Below, in pieces: positions 56,981 to 64,000 of a stretch of DNA of 64,000 nucleotides. This stretch comes from an uncultured Clostridium sp. (GTDB lineage: Bacteria > Bacillota > Clostridia > Oscillospirales > CAG-272). The notes below the pieces were generated by a model, which was given only the letters and a program-made list of their open reading frames with translations, was not told the origin of the DNA and did not search any database. Numbering within the stretch: the stretch's first letter is position 1; every line of letters begins with the position of its first letter. Where the stretch lies: positions 89,795-153,794 of the forward strand of contig CAZVUD010000001.1 of assembly GCA_964629615.1 (NCBI GenBank). Reading direction: 5' to 3'. The translations under genes were made by a program, and so were the position numbers.

Positions 56981-57151
56981 ATGGCATACAAGATTTCAGA
57001 TGATTGCATTTCCTGCGGCGCTTGCGCTGCTGAATGCCCCGTTGAAGCTATCACAGAGGGCGACGGTAAGTACGAGATCGATCCCGATAAGTGCATCGAC
57101 TGCGGTAACTGCGCAGAAACATGCCCCGTCGGAGCTCCCGCACAGGCTTGA
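56981..57151 (+). CDS. fdx: 2x[4Fe-4S] ferredoxin (56 aa)
   Basis: Not in the ORF track because it is under 60 aa. My translation: MAYKISDDCISCGACAAECPVEAITEGDGKYEIDPDKCIDCGNCAETCPVGAPAQA. It has two CxxCxxCxxxCP motifs and a GGAGG RBS. Confidence 0.85.
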   Translation: MAYKISDDCISCGACAAECPVEAITEGDGKYEIDPDKCIDCGNCAETCPVGAPAQA

Positions 57152-57176
57152 TTCAGATAGCTTTGACAAAAGTAAT

Positions 57177-57207
57177 GTCGGGTACTTCATTTTATGATCT
57201 ACCCGAC
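57177..57207 (+). terminator. Rho-independent terminator after ferredoxin
   Basis: Stem gtcgggta/tacccgac, followed by attatttttt. Confidence 0.55.
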
Positions 57208-57269
57208 ATTATTTTTTATTGCAATAAGTATTACGACCATTACATAAGTCGGATCCCGGAGGTGCTGAT

Positions 57270-58046
57270 TTGAACAACCATAAAGCTGATGAGATAAACG
57301 GCGCTATATCCCTTTTGCAGGATGACGACGGTCTTAAATTCGGAACAGACGCACTTTTGCTGTCGGCATTTACAAAGCGAGGCGCCTTTATGTCCACATC
57401 TCTTGAAGCCGCAGATCTCGGAAGCGGCACGGGCGCGATATCTCTTATATGTGCCAAAAGGCAGAGATTTTCAAAAATATATGCGATCGAGGTGCAGGAA
57501 AGCTTTTGCGACATTATAAAAAAGAATACCGAGCAGAACGGGCTTTCAGAAAGGGTAATCACCATACATTCCGATGTGCGCACGCTGAGTGCCACTGACA
57601 TTGGTCACGAGCTGGATGTGGTATTCTCAAATCCGCCTTATATGAAGGCAGATTCGGGCAAGCGCAACGAATACGACAAGAAATTCATAGCGCGACACGA
57701 GGTGTGCGGCAACATAGGCGATTTCGCAAATTGCGCACGCAGGCTCTTAAAGCACGGCGGCAAGTTTCTCTGTGTATTCCGCCCCGACCGCTTGGAGGAT
57801 CTTATGTACGAGATGCGGAAAAGTGCCCTTGAGCCTAAGACATGCGTATTTGTGCATGCACACCCGAAAGCAGATCCCTCCATGGTGCTTATCGAAGCCA
57901 TAAAAGGCGGAGCATCGAGCATGAGAGTCACACGTCCCCTTTTCCTCTCGGATTCAAGAGAGGACTCAATAAACAATATCCCCTCACACGACGCCTCGAT
58001 CATATACGAGAGCGGATCGTTTGAATTTTTCTTATCTGATAAATAA
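57270..58046 (+). CDS. SAM-dependent methyltransferase, tRNA (adenine-N6) TrmN6/YfiC-like
   Basis: TTG start after GGAGG. FGTDALLLSAF, DLGSGTGAISL (SAM motif I) and FSNPPYM (NPPY N6-amino methyltransferase motif). Confidence 0.7.
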   Translation: MNNHKADEINGAISLLQDDDGLKFGTDALLLSAFTKRGAFMSTSLEAADLGSGTGAISLICAKRQRFSKIYAIEVQESFCDIIKKNTEQNGLSERVITIHSDVRTLSATDIGHELDVVFSNPPYMKADSGKRNEYDKKFIARHEVCGNIGDFANCARRLLKHGGKFLCVFRPDRLEDLMYEMRKSALEPKTCVFVHAHPKADPSMVLIEAIKGGASSMRVTRPLFLSDSREDSINNIPSHDASIIYESGSFEFFLSDK

Positions 58047-58059
58047 AAAGGCAATTTAT

Positions 58060-58887
58060 ATGGAAAATACTAAAAGAATCTTAAGCTATACACGTCGCGC
58101 CGTTGACGACTACAAAATGATAGAGGACGGCGACAAGATCGCAGTTGGCATCTCAGGCGGAAAGGACAGTATTGCCCTGCTCTGTTCTCTGGCTCAGCTG
58201 CGCCGCTTCTACCCGAGAAAATTCGAGCTTATCGCCATAACGATAGACATGGGATTTGAAGGCGAGATGGACTTTTCACGCGTAAAGGAGCTTTGCGCCG
58301 TGCTTGATGTGCCATATCACATCATAAAGACCGACATATACGACATCATATTTAATGTGCGCAAGGAGGCAAATCCCTGTGCGCTCTGCGCCAAGATGCG
58401 CAGAGGTGCATTACACAACGCCGCAAAGGATCTTGGGTGCAACACCGTCGCGCTCGGTCACCACTTTGACGATGTTGTGGAAACTTTTATGCTCAATCTG
58501 TTTTTTGAGGGACGCATAGGCTGTTTCCAGCCCGTTACACATCTGTCGCGCGTGGGAATAAAGCTTATCAGACCATTGATATATATGCCCGAGCGCCATG
58601 TTGTGGATTTTGTAAATAAGAATTCTCTGCCCGTGGTAACATCCGCATGTCCCGAGGACAAGCACACCGAGCGCGAGGAGATGAAGATATTGCTTCACCA
58701 GCTTGAGCACAAGTACAAGGGGCTTAGATATCGCCTTTACGGTGCGATCTGCCGTGGCGAGGTGGACGGATTTAAAGAGGTAGGCAGGATGCAGGGCATG
58801 CGTGAATATGCCATACCTGACGACGGTGAGAATGTTTGCGATGGCGATAAGCCCGAAGGTATATCAGATACAGACGCACAAAATTGA
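58060..58887 (+). CDS. PP-loop ATPase, TtcA-like tRNA thiolation enzyme
   Basis: IAVGISGGKDSIALL (SGGxDS PP-loop) with CxxC pairs (CALCAKMRR; SACPEDKH). Confidence 0.7.
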   Translation: MENTKRILSYTRRAVDDYKMIEDGDKIAVGISGGKDSIALLCSLAQLRRFYPRKFELIAITIDMGFEGEMDFSRVKELCAVLDVPYHIIKTDIYDIIFNVRKEANPCALCAKMRRGALHNAAKDLGCNTVALGHHFDDVVETFMLNLFFEGRIGCFQPVTHLSRVGIKLIRPLIYMPERHVVDFVNKNSLPVVTSACPEDKHTEREEMKILLHQLEHKYKGLRYRLYGAICRGEVDGFKEVGRMQGMREYAIPDDGENVCDGDKPEGISDTDAQN

Positions 58888-59112
58888 TTTTTAGTGCTTT
58901 AACATATATCTAATATTCAAAAATCAAGTCTGCAACAGGCAAATTTAAAAACATTCGGTTTATTTTTAAACCGAATGTTGATAAAAACGGTGTGTATGTG
59001 CATTGATTTTCGCCCATGGCTGTAAAAGTGCTCATATGCTACGCAGTTCAGACAATAGTATATGTGCATTAACACTTTTTTGCAAAAACAGCATTTTTTT
59101 TGCAAAAAAGTG

Positions 59113-59141
59113 TTGACAAAAGTATGCTTGCGTGATATAAT
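59113..59141 (+). promoter_or_regulatory. Sigma-A promoter of tRNA-Lys
   Basis: TTGACA-17 nt-TATAAT, 20 nt upstream of the tRNA 5' end. Confidence 0.65.
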
Positions 59142-59161
59142 ATTCAGGTAAGCGAAAATTT

Positions 59162-59237
59162 GACCCGCTAGCTCAGATGGTAGAGCACTTGACTTTTAAT
59201 CAAGGGGTCCGGAGTTCGAGTCTCCGGCGGGTCACCA
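59162..59237 (+). tRNA. tRNA-Lys (anticodon UUU), CCA encoded
   Basis: I folded the cloverleaf by eye. Acceptor GACCCGC/GCGGGTC, anticodon stem CTTGA/TCAAG with loop CTTTTAA, T-arm CGGAG-TTCGAGT-CTCCG, and a terminal CCA. Confidence 0.9.
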
Positions 59238-59240
59238 AAA

Positions 59241-59275
59241 AGACCGAAACACAAAATGTGTTTCGGTCTTTTTTC
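59241..59275. terminator. Bidirectional rho-independent terminator
   Basis: 12-bp stem agaccgaaacac/gtgtttcggtct followed by a T-run. It lies between the tRNA and the convergent flavodoxin-like gene. Confidence 0.75.
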
Positions 59276-59284
59276 TTTCCTTTA

Positions 59285-59806
59285 TTATACCGATTGCTTT
59301 ATTATCTCGGCAAGCTGGCTTATGTTATTTTCGTTTATCGTAGGCAAGGATATATCCTCTCTCGGCTGACCGTTATTTCCGCCGCCCATGATATCATCCC
59401 GCACTATCTTAATTATGAGCTTGTCTATTCCCTTCTGCCTTGAGAGATCCATCTCGCCGCCAAAGCAGGCAACGGCACGTGCCTCATCCATCACCTTACC
59501 CGGGAAATTTTTTCTTGCATATTCATCGAAAAGATCTACAAATCCAAGGCACAAAAACAAGGCATAATTTGTGCCCGAAAGCTCATCTATGTGGTCCTTT
59601 ATATAATTTTTTACCCTTCTGTTTATCCTGCCCATTCTGATGCTCGATCCTATCAGGACAAAATCAAAATCCTTCAGATCGTATGCGCAGCTGCCGTTTG
59701 TAATATTTGCGCGCGTTATCTCTCCCTGCGGAAGGCATTTTTCAAGCTCACAAAGACATTTCTCGCAAGTCATAGTTTTGGTTGCATAAACTGCAAGTAT
59801 TTTCAT
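59285..59806 (-). CDS. Flavodoxin-like domain protein
   Basis: The start was trimmed to MKILAVYATKT..., which has a GGAGAG RBS. The pattern is flavodoxin-fold (ILAVYAT...VLIGSSIRMG). Confidence 0.55.
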   Translation of the reverse strand: MKILAVYATKTMTCEKCLCELEKCLPQGEITRANITNGSCAYDLKDFDFVLIGSSIRMGRINRRVKNYIKDHIDELSGTNYALFLCLGFVDLFDEYARKNFPGKVMDEARAVACFGGEMDLSRQKGIDKLIIKIVRDDIMGGGNNGQPREDISLPTINENNISQLAEIIKQSV

Positions 59807-59899
59807 ACATATCTCTCCATTCTCTGTCGCTCTCTTATAATTATACACAAAAGGCGCTAAAAAATCAAGTGCCGACAATTTATTTTTCAAAATTATTGA

Positions 59900-61963
<2,064 letters not shown>

Positions 61964-62530
61964 TCATCTCACGCCCGTATATTCCACGATACCGTTGTAT
62001 ATTCCGCGTGCAAAAAGCTCAGGCTCACCCGTCATAAGTGCGACATCGCTTGGATTTGTTATAAATCCAAGCTCAACGAGCACCGCAGGCATGCTCGTGT
62101 TCTTAATGACATACAGTGAGGGGCGTATCTTAACGCCGCGATCTCTAAGCGAGGTCAGCGCCGTAAGATCTGTCACTATATCGCGTGCAAGATAATATGC
62201 TCTGCTGTCGCGCCTGTAAACATACGCCTCACTTCCCGTGGCTGACGTATCATCAGAGGCATTCGTATGTATGCTGATAAAATAGTCTGCCCCAAAGGAA
62301 TTGGCTCCCCTGACCCTCTCGCGCAGGCTCGTGGTATTACTGCTGCCAAGCTGTGTTTCGGGCGTTGGGCGTGACAGGCGCACATCGTAATTTCCACTCT
62401 CGCGCAGGAGCTGTGCAAGATACATGCCGACAGTGTATGTTATATCCTGCTCTCTTACGCCGTTGCCCTCGGCGCCTGCATTCGGATTTACGGGATTGTG
62501 CCCCTGATCGATGTATATTTTTATTGCCAT
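61964..62530 (-). CDS. N-acetylmuramoyl-L-alanine amidase (Amidase_3), no signal peptide
   Basis: MAIKIYIDQGHNP...ISIHTNA...VELGFITNPSD. The start at 62530 lies 6 nt after AAGGAG. Confidence 0.75.
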   Translation of the reverse strand: MAIKIYIDQGHNPVNPNAGAEGNGVREQDITYTVGMYLAQLLRESGNYDVRLSRPTPETQLGSSNTTSLRERVRGANSFGADYFISIHTNASDDTSATGSEAYVYRRDSRAYYLARDIVTDLTALTSLRDRGVKIRPSLYVIKNTSMPAVLVELGFITNPSDVALMTGEPELFARGIYNGIVEYTGVR

Positions 62531-62623
62531 AGACATCTCCTTAATTTCGTATTTATAAGTAAGCGCGTATCGTCTATATTTATTTTATGCGATCGGGAGA
62601 TAAAAGTGAAAGGATATTTTAAG

Positions 62624-63538
62624 ATGACTGAAAACATAAATGAAAGCGCAGAATGCATCTGCGATATATCCGAAGAAAAAAACCGAATAGTCGGCGGCAC
62701 GCTGTACCTTGTTGCCACTCCGATCGGAAATCTGGCGGATATTTCAAGCCGAGCGGTCAAGACCCTGTCGTGTGTTGACTTCATTGCCGCAGAGGATACA
62801 AGAAACTCTATGAGATTACTTAAATATCTCGGCATACAAAAGCCTATGATCTCGTATTTTGAGCACAACAAAAAGGCTCGCGGACAGGTCATATGCGAAA
62901 GGCTCATGAACGGCGAATCCTGCGCGCTCATAACCGATGCAGGCACGCCCGCAATATCAGATCCGGGTGAGGACATCGTAGCCCTGTGTGCCGAAAACAA
63001 TATCCCCGTTACCTCCGTACCCGGCCCGTGCGCCGCCATACTTGCCCTGACACTGTCGGGATTGCCGACGCTCCGCTTTTGCTTTGAGGGATTTTTGTCT
63101 GCCGAAAAGAAGGAGCGGCGCGACAGGCTCTCTAAGCTCAAATGCGAATACAGGACCATGATATTCCATGAGGCACCCCATAAGCTGATCTCCACCCTTG
63201 CAGATATGCGCGACACCTTCGGCGGCGACCGCAGGATATCTCTTTGCCGTGAGCTTACAAAGCTCAATGAGGATGTCATGAGAACTACTCTTGATAAGGC
63301 TTGCGAGCATTACGAGAGCCACGCACCGAGAGGCGAATACGTGCTTGTAGTTGAGGGCTGTGACGAGAGCACAGCCGCAAATGATGAAAAGCGAGATCTT
63401 CTCTCCATGTCAATTGAAGATCACGTGGCTTATTATATTGACTCGGGGCTTTCAAAAAACGATGCAATAAAGCGCACCGCAAAGGATCGCGGAGTGCCCA
63501 AAAACGATATATATCAAGTAATAATGGTCAAACAGTAA
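62624..63538 (+). CDS. rsmI: 16S rRNA (cytidine1402-2'-O)-methyltransferase
   Basis: GTLYLVATPIGNLADIS...EDTR...SDAGTP.ISDPG...FHEAPHK. The start was trimmed to MTENINES. Confidence 0.85.
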   Translation: MTENINESAECICDISEEKNRIVGGTLYLVATPIGNLADISSRAVKTLSCVDFIAAEDTRNSMRLLKYLGIQKPMISYFEHNKKARGQVICERLMNGESCALITDAGTPAISDPGEDIVALCAENNIPVTSVPGPCAAILALTLSGLPTLRFCFEGFLSAEKKERRDRLSKLKCEYRTMIFHEAPHKLISTLADMRDTFGGDRRISLCRELTKLNEDVMRTTLDKACEHYESHAPRGEYVLVVEGCDESTAANDEKRDLLSMSIEDHVAYYIDSGLSKNDAIKRTAKDRGVPKNDIYQVIMVKQ

Positions 63539-63571
63539 GAAAGTCTATTTCATTAAGACCGTCTGAAAAGC

Positions 63572-63619
63572 AAGAAATCGGATGCTCTCTGCCGAAAGGC
63601 ATATAGCATCCGATTTCTT
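63572..63619 (+). terminator. Rho-independent terminator after rsmI
   Basis: 15-bp stem aagaaatcggatgct/agcatccgatttctt followed by a T-rich tail. Confidence 0.65.
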
Positions 63620-63780
63620 TATTGTGTCTATGACGAGCTTATAAATAATTTATCTGTAAATAACTTTATATTTTTTAACAATTTACCCTTGACAAAATGC
63701 TATATTGGTAGTATAACTATATTGTAAGAAACTTTGAATAAGATAAAAATGCAAATTCAAAGATTTTAAGGAGAAAAATA

Positions 63781-64000
63781 ATGAAAAAGCTTATTGTATC
63801 ATTGTCTGCATTGACAGCATTTTTGGTTCTCTTTTTTTGTATTGCTTTACCAACTCAAGCCGCAACCTACAGCGGAATCTGCGGCAAAAACCTCACATGG
63901 GACTTGGATACCAGCACGGGTACACTGACTATTGACGGCGAGGGGAAGATGTATAATTATCAATGGGGCGCCTCACCTTGGTTTAATTATAAATCTAAAA
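63781..64000 (+). CDS. Secreted protein, N-terminal fragment (continues past the window end); possibly BspA-type LRR surface protein
   Basis: My translation: MKKLIVSLSALTAFLVLFFCIALPTQA|ATYSGICGKNLTWDLDTSTGTLTIDGEGKMYNY... It has a signal peptide, and the GxNLTWxLD..GTLTIxGxG opening is common in clostridial LRR surface proteins. RBS AAGGAG. Confidence 0.45.
   Translation, partial: MKKLIVSLSALTAFLVLFFCIALPTQAATYSGICGKNLTWDLDTSTGTLTIDGEGKMYNYQWGASPWFNYKSK

Noticed and set aside
62521-63279. A 252-aa minus-strand ORF.
   Set aside because: It is antisense to rsmI, which has unmistakable family motifs. I see no independent support for it.

Overview
The window looks like a chromosomal segment of a Gram-positive anaerobe. 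Inferred from gene content only: rplU-prp-rpmA, rpsF-ssb-rpsR, a cwlD-like amidase, a glgB-C-D-A-P operon, holB-yaaT, and many near-perfect TTGACA-17-TATAAT promoters. I count about 60 protein genes, one tRNA-Lys(UUU), no rRNA and no CRISPR array. From 34.4 kb onward the content is mostly housekeeping: ribosomal proteins, Fe-alcohol dehydrogenase, amidases, pseudouridine synthase, an 8-gene glycogen/pgi operon, holB, PSP1/YaaT, ferredoxin, tRNA-modification enzymes, ligA and rsmI. Positions 11.8-25.6 kb hold a YidC::TagF-like fusion, an ABC importer with an HTH-LicC-like cytidylyltransferase, YloV/DegV, topoisomerase III and a membrane protein. Two accessory regions stand out. (1) Positions 1-11.6 kb are a tight eight-gene minus-strand operon. 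It encodes two membrane-anchored McrB-like AAA+/GTPase paralogs that share a 1,087-bp apparently perfect direct repeat. It also encodes a McrC-like protein with a long coiled coil and no recognisable nuclease. A 1,100-aa protein fuses a catalytically degenerate GH3-like domain, a TM hairpin and a degenerate copy of the same AAA module. CvpA-like and small membrane proteins and a transglutaminase-like protein complete the operon. I regard this as a candidate undescribed membrane-tethered McrBC-derived system. (2) Positions 25.7-33.8 kb are a compact phage-derived island containing only head and packaging genes (TerS, TerL, portal, Prp-like protease, scaffold, N4-gp56-type capsid, XhlA-like). 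It has no tail, integrase or replication genes. It is driven by a consensus promoter overlapped by a GAAC-N4-GTTC (SOS-box-like) operator, opposite an XRE/S24 repressor. Other oddities are a GlgB-like protein and a FolC-like protein with substituted catalytic or ATP-binding motifs inside the glycogen operon. All family assignments come from motif recognition by eye; no database searches were run.
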